From Anaeramoeba ignava BMAN (Eukaryota > Protista > Anaeramoebae), in assembly GCA_028826165.1 (NCBI GenBank), contig JAPDFW010000108.1, positions 124,001-188,000 on the forward strand: 64,000 bases of DNA, in the 5' to 3' direction. This document shows positions 1 to 11,644 of this stretch, in pieces. The notes below the pieces were generated by a model. It searched no databases and was not told where the DNA came from. It was given only the letters and a program-made list of their open reading frames with translations. The translations under genes and the position numbers were made by a program. Each line of letters starts with the position of its first letter. The stretch's first letter is position 1.

Positions 1-1812
1 ATTCAAGAAGCGATTGACAGAATGAAGCCGAAAGATGTAGTAGTAATAGATGATAGCAAGGAAGATCGAGAGCGTATTCGGAAGCTAGCGATTGAACGAG
101 GAGAAGAGCGTGGATTAAAAATTAAGGGGCACACGATTCACTATGACGCGTACAACGATCAAGGACGGGACAAAGCAAACACGCGAGTACTTCTTGAGAA
201 AGGGGAGACGTTGAGCAGGAGCTTGTCATTTGGCGAACGGGAAAGTAACTTAAAGGATATCTATAACATCATGGACGGGATCATGGACGGAAAAACAATG
301 ATCATTGCTTTCTTCACACTCGGCCCAAGAAACTCGCGGTTCATGATCCCTGCGTTGCAGATTACTGACTCGTTCTATGTAACGCACTCGGAGCAAATCT
401 TATATCGACCAGGTTTTCAAACTTTTTGCGATTTGAAAAATAAAGATGATTTTTTTTACTTCTATCATTCGGCAGGAAAACTTGTCAATAACGTCTCTGC
501 CGAGCTTGACAAACGTAGAATATACATTGATCCCAAAGAAGAGCGTGTGTTTTCGATGAACAATCAGTATGCAGGAAACTCACTGGCATGCAAAAAACTA
601 GCGTTGCGACTTGCGATCCATCGGGCAAACAACGACGTCAAAGAACCCTGGCTTACTGAGCACATGTTTTTGGCAGGTTTCCCGTCGCGTCGTGGAGATC
701 GTTACACATACTTCACAGGCGCATTCCCGTCGGGTTGTGGAAAGACCTCGACAGCTATGATTCCAGGTGGGAAAATTGTCGGAGATGATATTGTGTACAT
801 AAGATCCGACGATCAAGGCAGAATGATGGCCGTGAATATCGAACAAGGCTGCTTCGGAATCATCGAGGATGTTAATGCTCATGATGACCCCGAGATCTTC
901 AAAGCAATCACAACCCCGAAAGAAGTTATTTTTTCTAACGTTCTTAACGATTCCGACGGAAATGTTTTTTGGACAGGTTGCGGAATGGAAATTCCAGATA
1001 AAGGAATCAACCACTCTGGAGACTGGAAACTAGGCAACAAGGACAGCAACGGGAAAGTGATCCCATGTTCCCATCCAAACTCACGTTACACAATCAACAT
1101 TGACGAACTTTCAAATGCGGATCTTGAAAACCTTCACAATCCAACTGGCGTCGCTGTCGATGGCATTCTTTACGGCGGAAGAGACCCCGACACCACAGTC
1201 CCAGTCGCGCAAGCTTTGTCGTGGGAACACGGCGTTTTCATCGGTGCGACTATCATGTCGGAAACAACCGCTACTACGATTTCTGGAGCGCAAAAAAGAA
1301 TCGAGAACTCTCCAATGGCAAATTTTGATTTTCTTATTGTTCCTCTTGGAAAATACCTCACAAACCACATTAACTTCGGACGATCCCTGAAGAAATGTCC
1401 GAAGGTGTTCTCGACAAACTACTTTCTTAAGGACTCCAATGGCAAATGGACGAATACTAAACTTGACAAGAAAATTTGGATCATTTGGGCTGAGGGCATC
1501 ATCCACAACGAATTCTCAGGAATCGAGACTCCGATCGGAATTATTCCAAAGTACGATGATCTCAAACAGCTTTTTGCTGAGTTCTTTACTGACGACAATG
1601 GCTCGCCAAGGCTCTATACCATCGAGGAATACAACGAACAGTTTAGTATCCGTGTTGATAAATATTTGTCAAGAATGAATTCCATTAAGAATCTTTTCAA
1701 AGACGACAAGGATATGCCTCCAGAGTTTGATAAAGAGTTCCAACGCATTTATGATGCTCTTACAGAGCTCAAGAAGGTTGGTGGTGTTATTCCTCCTTCT
1801 CATTTCATCTAA
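1..1812 (+). CDS. pckG: GTP-dependent phosphoenolpyruvate carboxykinase, intronless; frame is open from base 1, so probably 5'-truncated by the window
   Basis: Motifs YAGNSLACKKLALR, EHMF, FPSGCGKT (P-loop with reactive Cys), VGDDI, HPNSRY and GGRD. Bases 1-21 translate IQEAIDR in frame with the ORF. Confidence 0.95.
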   Translation: MQEAIDRMKPKDVVVIDDSKEDRERIRKLAIERGEERGLKIKGHTIHYDAYNDQGRDKANTRVLLEKGETLSRSLSFGERESNLKDIYNIMDGIMDGKTMIIAFFTLGPRNSRFMIPALQITDSFYVTHSEQILYRPGFQTFCDLKNKDDFFYFYHSAGKLVNNVSAELDKRRIYIDPKEERVFSMNNQYAGNSLACKKLALRLAIHRANNDVKEPWLTEHMFLAGFPSRRGDRYTYFTGAFPSGCGKTSTAMIPGGKIVGDDIVYIRSDDQGRMMAVNIEQGCFGIIEDVNAHDDPEIFKAITTPKEVIFSNVLNDSDGNVFWTGCGMEIPDKGINHSGDWKLGNKDSNGKVIPCSHPNSRYTINIDELSNADLENLHNPTGVAVDGILYGGRDPDTTVPVAQALSWEHGVFIGATIMSETTATTISGAQKRIENSPMANFDFLIVPLGKYLTNHINFGRSLKKCPKVFSTNYFLKDSNGKWTNTKLDKKIWIIWAEGIIHNEFSGIETPIGIIPKYDDLKQLFAEFFTDDNGSPRLYTIEEYNEQFSIRVDKYLSRMNSIKNLFKDDKDMPPEFDKEFQRIYDALTELKKVGGVIPPSHFI

Positions 1813-1919
1813 TTAGTTTCTTTTTTTTTTTTTTTTCTTTCAAAAACGATCAATAATAATTTTTCCAACAGATTTTTATTTAGATTTTAAAAAGATTTCT
1901 CAAAAGATTTTTCTTAAGA

Positions 1920-3172
1920 TTTATAATTAGATTTATATTTAGATTTATATTTGATTTTTCAACAGATTTTTAATTAAATTTATAATTAAATTTATAATTA
2001 GATTTATAATTAGATTTTTAATTAAATTTATAATTAAATTTATAATTAAATTTATAATTAAATTTATAATTAAATTTATAATTAAATTTATAATTATATT
2101 TATAATTAAATTTATAATTATATTTATAATTAAATTTATAATTAAATTTAAAATTAAATTTATAATTAAATTTATAACTATATTTATAATTATATTTATA
2201 ATTAAATTTATAATTAAATTTATAATTAAATTTATAATTAAATTTATAATTAAATTTATAATTAAATTTATAATTAAATTTAAAATTAAATTTATAATTA
2301 AAATTATAATTAAATTTATAATTAAATTTATAATTAAATTTATAATTAAATTTATAATTAAATTTATAATTAAAATTATAATTAGATTCATAATTAAATT
2401 TATAATTAAATTTATAATTAAATTTATAATTAAATTTATATTTATATTTATAATTAAATTTATAATTAAATTTTTAATTAAATTTATAATTAAATTTATA
2501 ATTATATTTATAATTAAATTTATAATTATATTTATAATTTATAATTAAATTTATAATTAAATTTATAATTAAATTTATAATTAAATTTATATTTAAAATT
2601 ATAATTAAATTTATAATTAAATTTATAATTATATTTATAATTAAATTTATAATTAAATTTATATTTATATTTATAATTAAATTTATAATTAAATTTATAA
2701 TTAAATTTATAATTAAATTTATAATTAAATTTTAATAAAATTTATAATTAAATTTATAATTAAAATTATAATTAAATTTATAATTAAATTTATAATTAAA
2801 TTTATAATTAAAATTATAATTAAATTTATAATTAAAATTATAATTAAATTTATAATTAAATTTATAATTATATTTATATAATTATATTTATAATAAATTT
2901 ATATTTAAATTTATTAACAAATTTATAATTAGATTTATAATTAAATTTATAATTAAATTTATAATTAAAATTATAATTAGATTCATAATTAAATTTATAA
3001 TTAAATTTATATCTAATATTATATCAAAATTTATAATTAAATTTATAATTAAATTTATAATTAAATTTATAATTAAATTTATAATTAAATTTATAATTAA
3101 ATTTATAATTAGATTTATAATTAAATTTATAATTAAATTTATAATTATATTTATAATTAAATTTATAATTAT
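1920..3172. repeat. 12-bp A/T tandem satellite (TTTATAATTAAA)n, intergenic
   Basis: Read directly; source of the spurious (INLI)n ORFs. Confidence 0.95.
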
Positions 3173-3220
3173 AAAAATAAATTTTTCATTTTTCATTTTT
3201 CATTTTTCATTTCCTTTTAA

Positions 3221-4142
3221 ATGTCTTTGGAACCAGTTCTAAATTATTATACAATTTCTCTTTATCAAGAACACGTAGATACTTTAACTGGAAATTATTG
3301 GATTGAAGATGCAATTATTACTTTTTATTTTGAATATCTTACTCATAATAAAATTAAAGATGATAAATTATTACTTCTTAATCCTACAATGATGATGTTT
3401 ATTTCTTTTATAACAAGTAAAGAAGAACTTGAAGAAGCATTAAAAGAGAGAAAATTAACTGAAAGAGAAATTATTTGTTTTCCAATAACTGATACTCAAT
3501 CATTAGAACAAATTGGAGGTTGATTGTTTTTGAAATTTAATATTAAAATTAAAATTAAAATCAAAATTAATTTATAAAATCAAAATTAAAATTAAAATCA
3601 AAATTAAAATTAAAATTAAAATTAAAATTAAAATTAAAATTAAAATTCATTTATAAAATTAAAATTAAAATTAAAATTAAAATTAAAATTAAAATTAAAA
3701 TTAAAATTAAAATTAAAATTAAAATTAAAATTAAAATTGAAATTAAAATTAAAAAGGTTCACATTGGAGTTTATTAGTCTTTGTTAAAAAACTTAATACA
3801 TTCTATTACTATGACTCAATGTATACTTACAACTTCCATTCAGCTCAAAACTTTTTAAATAAATTTAAACCTCTTTTAATCGAAAAAGAAAAATTAAAAG
3901 AAACAAAAATTATTCAAGTTAAAACTAAATCTCAAGAAAATTCATATGATTGTGGTTTATATTTACTTTCTTTCGCAAATTATATTCAAAATCACTTTTA
4001 TTCTGAAAATGAAAAATCTTTAAATTTTTTATCTGATTCAAAATTGATAAATAAAGAAATTAATGAAAATTCAGTTATTGAATTACGTTCTAATATTTTA
4101 AATTTAATAACTTCTCTTGCAAAAGAAAAGAAAACTTATTAA
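3221..4142 (+). CDS. SENP8: SENP8/NEDP1-like deneddylase (C48 protease); exons 3221-3518 and 3757-4142
   Basis: Removing the GT..AG intron 3519-3756 restores GGSHWSLLVF...YYDS. Also WIEDAIITFYFEYL and the catalytic QENSYDCG motif. Confidence 0.9.
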
Positions 4143-4169
4143 AATTAAAATTAAAAATTAAAAATTAAA

Positions 4170-4202
4170 ATTTTCATTTTTTTCATTTTTTTCATTTTAA
4201 AA
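4170..4202 (+). promoter_or_regulatory. Example of the reiterated TTTTCATTTT initiator-like motif found just upstream of most start codons
   Basis: Same motif on the coding strand upstream of the ATGs at 3221, 4203, 18196, 20201, 22548, 24334, 26969, 31922, 37918, 38234, 43022, 48724, 48859, 54887, 55199, 59998 and 62640. Confidence 0.65.
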
Positions 4203-6097
4203 ATGAATGAAATTTTATTTTTTGGTGAAAATTATAATCCAAAACTTTTTAAAAATGAACCAGATTCAATAACAAAACCAAAACCAATTCAATTTAAATT
4301 TAAATTTGAAAATGAAAATGAAAATGAAAATGAAAAACAAATTAAACAAATTTCATCAGCAAGATTCTATTCAACAATTTTCCTTTTTAAAAATGGAAAA
4401 GCAATAGAATATTTAAAAGACTCAAATCCTCAAAAAATTCAAATTGAAGAAAATATTCAAAAAGTAACTGTTGGCGGTCTAAATGAAGCTATTTTAACAA
4501 CAGAAGGAAATGTATTTGCAAAAGGGCATTTTATTAAAAGAACAAATCTAATGCAATTTACCAATATTTCATCATTAATTGAAGATAAAAAGATAGAATA
4601 ATTGAAGATATTGTTTCTGGATATGATTCAATTTATTTATTAACTTCAAATCAAAATGTTTATGGAATTGGTTCAAATCAATTTGGTCAACTTGGAGTTG
4701 ATACTAGAACACTTGATAAAACAGAAAAACCAATTTTAATGATGAAAAATGTTTCTAAAATATTTTCAGGAGATTCAGCAGAAGGTGTTTTTCTTTTAAA
4801 TTCAAATCAAGAGTTATTTGGATGCGGAGGAAATTTTAATGGAAGACTTGGATTAGGTGAATCAACAGATGAACAAAAAATCGAAAGTTTAGCAAAAATC
4901 CAAAATATTCCAAAAGGAAAAATAATTGATATTCAAATCGGAAATTATCATTCAATAATGTTGATTGAAAATGAAAATCAAGAAAGAAAACTTTATTCAT
5001 GTGGAGATTATAAATGTAATGGACTTGGCAAAAATGATCATGCTTATGAATTTACTGAAATCAAATCATCTTTATTTGAAAATGATGATAATATTCTTGA
5101 AATTGCTGTTACCTATAGACATACTTTGATTTTAACAAGAAAAGGGAAATTAATAGGATTTGGAAATAATTCTTATGGTCAATTAGGAACTGGAAATACA
5201 AAGGAGCAATTGATTCCAATTCAAATTGAACTTCCTAAATTAAGATTTAATGAAAATATTTCCAATTATCATCTTTCTTGTGGTACTTATCATTCATTTC
5301 TTTATTACTCTTATCCTTCTTTTTCCAATCTTGAAGAAGATTTGATAAAATTATTTAGAAGAAAAGAATTTTGTGATATTTCATTTAAAACCGAAAATGG
5401 AGAAATAATTGAAGCTCATAAATTAATATTGAAATATAGATTAAATCAAAATCAAAATGAAATTGAAAAACTTCAAGGAATTATTTCAAATAAATCAATT
5501 AAAGAATCAAATCAAATATTTGAAATGATTTATTCAAACAAAATAATAAATCCAAAATTATATTATGAAATTAAAGAAATTATAAATTCTAATGAAAAAA
5601 TTGAAGAAACAATGAAAAGAATTTATTTAAATGAAAATGAAAATGATTTTATTATTGAAAGAAAAGAAAAACAATATAAATTTCTAAAATTAATATTAAT
5701 AATGAGAAGTGAATTATATCGAGGAATGTTTTTATCTGTAACTGAAGATAAATCAAATAAAGTTACAGATTATAGTGAATTAAGTAATAAATCATTCCAA
5801 ATATTAGAATATTGGATTTATTCAAATCAAATCAAAGAAGGAATTGAAATTACACAAAAAATTATTAATGAAATTAAAACTGGAATTGATTATTTTCAAT
5901 TAAATCAAACATATCCAAATTTATTTGATTTATTAATTAACAAATTTAATAATCAAAATCAAAAACATGAAACATCCAAATTAAATTTAAAATCAAAATT
6001 AAAATCAAAATTAAATTCAAAATCTAAATCTAAATTAAAATCAAATTCGAAATTAAAATCTAAATCTAAATTTCCATCTCAAAGAAAATCAAATTAA
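4203..6097 (+). CDS. RCC1-repeat + tandem BTB protein, paralog 1; 1-nt frameshift near 4590
   Basis: RCC1 motifs GxNxxGxLG and HTLILT, plus BTB motifs FCDISF...AHKLIL and LIMRSELYRGMF. The two ORFs join colinearly with the intact paralog at 20380-22548. Confidence 0.85.
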
Positions 6098-6470
6098 AAT
6101 TAAAATTAAAATTAAAATTAAAATTAAAATTAAAATTCAAATCAAAATTAAATTCAAAATCTAAATCTAAATTAAAATCAAATTCGAAATTAAAATTAAA
6201 ATTAAAATTAAAATTAAAATCAAATTCGAAATTAAAATCTAAATCTAAATTTCCATCTCAAAGAAAATCAAATTCGAAATTAAAATTAAAATTAAAATTA
6301 AAATTAAAATTAAAATTAAAATTAAAATTAAAATCAAAATCAAAATCAAAATTAAAATTAAAATTAAAATTAAAATTAAAATTAAAATAAAAATTAAATA
6401 AAAAAAGTGGAATGAAATTTGTTTTTTTTTGATTATTTTATTTTCTTGGTTTTTGAAATTGAAATTGGAA

Positions 6471-8783
6471 TTAAATATCCAAATTATCTTGAAGTTCTTT
6501 TTCTTCTTCGTTTTCTTTAATAATTTCTTGAATAATTTGTTTTCTTCTTTTTTTCTTTTTATATAAAATAATTCCAATAATAATTGTTGAAATAACAAAA
6601 ACAGGAATAATTATACCTAATGTTATTGTTGTTGTGTTTGAATTATTGGTTTCATTTGGAGATAATGTTATAATTGAAGTTGTTGAATTAATTCCTGAAT
6701 ATTCATTAAATGAACAATTTAAATCAGCTGATGAATAAACTGAAATTTCATAATATTCTCCTCCTTGTAATCCTGAAATTGAATAATTTGTTGTTAAATT
6801 TGTTAAACAAATTGATGTTGAATTATAAGTAAATGAATATCCTTTTAATCCACTTGATAAATTTAATGAATCCCAAGTACATTCAAATCCATTAATTAAT
6901 GAATAACAATTTAATGAAGAAATATTTCCTAATTTAGCTCTTGTTGAAATAATTGAACTAGGTAATCCTAAACATGGTGTTTCACAATTTAAATCAACAC
7001 ATCCTCGAATTGAAATATTATATTCAATATTTCCTGATATTCCACTTATTATTCCAATTATTTCATTTCCACTTAAATCAAGAGATGTGAATTTTTCCCA
7101 ATTTGTTCCATTATTAAGTGAAATTGAATAATTATTTGCATTTGTTAATTTTGTAAAATTAAATTCAATTTCTTCAATTTTGGAAATTGTTTCATAAATT
7201 GTTGGAAATGTTAAATTATCAGTTTTAATTGAAATTGATGAAATATATCCACATTTTCCATTTGAATTACATGATGATATATTGATTTGATATTCTTGAT
7301 TTGGAAATTGAACTGTAAATTGTTGATTTGTTGATGTTGGTTGATAATTTCCAGAATCATTTTGAGAAATTGATTGATAAGTAAAATTATAATAAAATGG
7401 AATTGAACAATTAATTGGTTGATTCCAATTACAATTAATACTTATTGAATTTGAAATTGAACATGATAAATTTGTAACTTCTCCAAATAATAATGAGATT
7501 GATGATTCAACAATTTCTCCTTTATCATCTTCTTCACATTCTTGTGTTCTACATCCACAAATTGAAATATTATAATCATTTTCAGATTCTAAATTATTCA
7601 AAAAATAATCAAGTGAAGAATTATCAACTGAAAAGAAAGATATTAAATCAGGTTGAAATTGATTTAAATAAGAAAGATTATAATGATTAAGATGAGCAAT
7701 TCTTTCATTGATATGAACATTTGGATAATTCCAAGTAACATTAATTGAATAATTTGAAGGATTTGATAATTGGAAATCTTTTACAGAATCAATTTTTGTT
7801 GATAAATTAACCAAAGAAGAAGATTCACCACATTTCATTGATGCATTATCACAAGCTTTGATTTGAATTGAATAATATTCATTTCCAGTAATATTATTAT
7901 AAATTGAAGAATTAAATTGTTGATAATAAACATTTCCATCTTCAAGAATTGGAGAATCAATATCAATCCAATCATATCCATAATTAATTTGATAAATCAA
8001 AGTTGAAGAAAATTGAATTTTATCCCAATAACAATCAAATGATGAAAACAAAGATGAACAATTAAGAATATTAACTTGAGGAATCAATTTAGCTTCATAA
8101 ACAAATGCTTGATTTGCACCAGAAGCACCAATAACAGTAAAATTACCATAAACTGAAACAGAATATCCAAAATTTGAAACTGAAGGTTGACTCAAATTTT
8201 GTTCTTGATTCCAATTTGATCCATTATATCTGTAAATAAATGTTTTATTTGCACTATAAGCACCAATAACAGTGACATTCTCATAAATTGAAACAGAACT
8301 TCCAAAATTTGAAGCTGAAGGTTCACTTAAAATTTGTTCTTTATTCCAAATTGATCCATTATATCTGTAAATAAATGTTTTATTTGCACCCCTAGCACCA
8401 ATAACAGTAAAATTATCATAAATTGAAACAGAATATCCAAAATATGAAGCTGAATCACTCAAAATTTGTTCAAGATTCCAAATTGATCCATTATATCTGT
8501 AAATAAATGCTTGTTTTGCAGTATTAGTTCCAATAACAAGAACATTTTTATAAATTGAAACAGAATATCCAAAATAGTTTGATGCACTTGAAAATTGATT
8601 TAATAAGTTCCAAATCCAAACTCCATCAAAAGAAGAATAATATCTTGTTGTTCCTATTGTTGTTTCTAATTCTTGAATTATTGATGAAATTGATTTTTGA
8701 TTAGTTTGAGTTGATTGAATTAAGGAAATATTGATAATTAAGAAAAAGAAAAAGAAAAAGAAAAAGAAAAGATTTAATTTCAT
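6471..8783 (-). CDS. Type I membrane protein: signal peptide, 4 FG-GAP-like repeats, ~5 FN3-like domains, TM helix, short cytoplasmic tail (copy A)
   Basis: Repeat FGYSVSIYxxxxVIGxxxANKAFIYRYNGSIW; FN3 signatures (INVTWN, LESENDYNISI, LQGGEYYEISV); TM ITLGIIIPVFVISTIIIGIILY followed by KKKKRRK. Confidence 0.85.
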   Translation of the reverse strand: MKLNLFFFFFFFFFLIINISLIQSTQTNQKSISSIIQELETTIGTTRYYSSFDGVWIWNLLNQFSSASNYFGYSVSIYKNVLVIGTNTAKQAFIYRYNGSIWNLEQILSDSASYFGYSVSIYDNFTVIGARGANKTFIYRYNGSIWNKEQILSEPSASNFGSSVSIYENVTVIGAYSANKTFIYRYNGSNWNQEQNLSQPSVSNFGYSVSVYGNFTVIGASGANQAFVYEAKLIPQVNILNCSSLFSSFDCYWDKIQFSSTLIYQINYGYDWIDIDSPILEDGNVYYQQFNSSIYNNITGNEYYSIQIKACDNASMKCGESSSLVNLSTKIDSVKDFQLSNPSNYSINVTWNYPNVHINERIAHLNHYNLSYLNQFQPDLISFFSVDNSSLDYFLNNLESENDYNISICGCRTQECEEDDKGEIVESSISLLFGEVTNLSCSISNSISINCNWNQPINCSIPFYYNFTYQSISQNDSGNYQPTSTNQQFTVQFPNQEYQINISSCNSNGKCGYISSISIKTDNLTFPTIYETISKIEEIEFNFTKLTNANNYSISLNNGTNWEKFTSLDLSGNEIIGIISGISGNIEYNISIRGCVDLNCETPCLGLPSSIISTRAKLGNISSLNCYSLINGFECTWDSLNLSSGLKGYSFTYNSTSICLTNLTTNYSISGLQGGEYYEISVYSSADLNCSFNEYSGINSTTSIITLSPNETNNSNTTTITLGIIIPVFVISTIIIGIILYKKKKRRKQIIQEIIKENEEEKELQDNLDI

Positions 8784-9126
8784 TTTGTTTCTTATTTGCT
8801 ATTTTTTATTTAATTAAAATAAAAATAAAGATAAGTTTATTTTGTGTTGTTTTGTGTTGTTTTTATTTTTAAATAAATAATTTTTTTACTTACTTTTTGG
8901 TTTGTTGAAGAAAAAAAAGAATGAAAGAAAGAAAAAAATGATTATTTTTTTTTAATAAAATTAATAATAAAAAAACAATTATTTTTTTTGCTTTTTTCTT
9001 TCTTTTTTAATTTATTATTTAAAAATTAAAATTAAAATTAAAATTAAAATTAAATAAAAAAAGTGGAATGAAATTTGTTTTTTTTTGATTATTTTATTTT
9101 CTTGGTTTTTGAAATTGAAATTGAAA

Positions 9127-11281
9127 TTAAAGATCTAAATTATCTTGAAGTTCTTTTTCTTCTTCGTTTTCTTTAATAATTTCTTGAATAATTTGTTTTC
9201 TTCTTTTTTTCTTTTTAAATAAAATAATTCCAATAATAATTATTGAAATAACAATAATAGGAATAATTATACCTAATGTTATTGCTGTTGTGTTTGAATC
9301 ATAATTCGTTTGATTTGGAGATAATGTTGTAATTGAAGTTGATGAAATATATCCACATTTCCCATTTGAATTACATGATGATATATTGATTTGATATTCT
9401 TGATTTTGTAATTGAACTGTGAATTGTTGATTTGTTGATGTTGGTTGATAATTTCCAGAATCATTTTGAGAAATTGATTGATAAGTAAAATTATAATAAA
9501 ATGGAATTGAACAATTAATTGGTTGATTCCAATTACAATTAATACTTATTGAATTTGAAATTGAACATGATAAATTTGTAACTTCTCCAAATAATAATGA
9601 AATTGATGATTCAACAAGTTCTCCTTTATCATCTTCTTCACATTCTTGTGTTCTACATCCACAAATTGAAATATTATAATCATTTTCAGATTCTAAATTA
9701 TTCAACAAATAATCAAGTGAAGAATTATCAACTGAAACGAAAGATATTAAATCAGGTTGAGATTGATTGAAATAAGAAAGATTATAATGATCAAGATGAG
9801 CAATTCCTTCATTGATATGAACATTAGGATAATTCCAAGTAACATTAATTGAATAATTTGTAGGAGATGATAATTGGAAATTTTTTACAGAATCAATTTT
9901 TGTTGATAAATTAACCAAAGAAGAAGATTCACCACATTTCATTGTTTCATTATCACAAAGCTTTGATTTGAATTGAATAATATTCATTTCCAGTAATATT
10001 ATCATAAAATGAAGAATTAAATTGTTGATAATAAACATTTCCATCTTCAAGAATTGGATAATCAATATCAATCCAATCATATCCATAATCAATTTGATAA
10101 ATCAAAGTTGAAGGAATTTCAATTTTATCCCAATAACAATCAAATGATGAAAACAAAGATGAACAATTAAGAATATTAACTTGAGGAATCAATTTAGCTT
10201 CATAAACAAATGCTTGATTTGCATTACGAGTACCAATAACAGTAAAATTACCATAAATTGAAGCAGAATATCCAAAATATGAAACTGAAGGTTGACTCAA
10301 AATTTGTTCTTGATTCCAAATTGATTCATTATATCTGTAAATAAATACTTGTTTTTCACTCAGAGTCCCAATAACAATAAAATTACCATAAATTGAAACA
10401 GAACTTCCAAAATATGAAACTGAAGGTTGACTCAAAATTTGTTCTTGATTCCAAATTGATCCATTATATCTGTAAATATATGTTTGATTTGCATAACGAG
10501 CACCAATAACAGTAAAATTACCATAAATTGAAACAGAACTCCCAAAATATGAAGCTGATTCACTCAAAATTTGTTCTTGATTCCAAATTGCTCCATTATA
10601 TCTGTAAATATATGCTTTTTTTTCACCCCAAGCACCAATAACAATAACATCTTCATAAATTGAAACAGAATATCCAAAATAGTCAATTGGTTCATTCAAA
10701 ATTTGTTCTTGATTCCAAATTGCTCCATTATATCTGTAAATAAATGCTTTATTTGCCTCATCAGTTCCAATAACAATAACATTTTCATAAATTGAAACAG
10801 AATATCCAAAATATGAAACTGATTCACTCAAAATTTGTTCTTCATTCCAAATTGCTCCATTATATCTGTAAATAAATGCTTTATTTGCCTCATAAGTTCC
10901 AATAACAATAACATCTTTATAAACTGAAACACTCCATCCAAAATATGAAAATGAAGGTCCATTCAAAATTTGTTCTTCATTCCAAATTGATCCATTATAT
11001 CTGTAAATATATGCTTTATTTGCATCAGGAGCACCAATAACAATAACATCTTTATAAATTGAAACAGAATATCCAAAATAGTTTGATGCACTTGAAAATT
11101 GATCTAATAAGTTCCAAATCCAAACTCCATCAAAAGAAGAATAATATCTTGTTGTTCCTATTGTTGTTTCTAATTCTTGAATTATTGTGGAAATTGATTT
11201 TTGATCATTTTTAGTTGATTGAATTAAGGAAATATTGATAATTAAGAAAAAGAAAAAGAAAAAGAAAAGATTTGATTTCAT
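9127..11281 (-). CDS. FG-GAP/FN3 type I membrane protein, copy B: 7 FG-GAP repeats, 3 FN3; 1-nt frameshift near 9960
   Basis: Colinear with copies A and C. An extra T in aaagctttgtg (paralog aaagcttgtg) splits the ORF. Confidence 0.85.
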
Positions 11282-11644
11282 TTTGTTTCTTATTTGCTAT
11301 TTTTTATTTAATTAAAATAAAGATAAGTTTATTTTGTGTTGTTTTGTGTTGTTTTTATTTTTAAATTCAATTTTTTTTTTTACTTTTTGTTTTGTTGAAA
11401 AAAAAAAAGAATGAAAGAAAGAAAAAAAATGATTATTTTTTTTTAATAAAAATTAATAATAAAAAAACAATTATTTTTTTTGCTTTTTTCTTTCTTTTTT
11501 TTAATTTATTAATTAAAAATTTAAATCAAAATCAAAATTAAAATTAAAATTAAAATTAAAATAAAAATTAAATAAAAAAAGTGGAATGAAATTTGTTTTT
11601 TTTTGATTATTTTATTTTCTTGGTTTTTGAAATTGAAATTGGAA

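Noticed and set aside
1945-3196. ORFs such as (INLI)n, (IL)n, (KI)n, (YNLI)n, (FD)n and (MK)n here and throughout the window
   Set aside because: They are stop-free readings of hexamer and 12-mer satellites in introns or spacers, or alternate frames and strands of real low-complexity exons.
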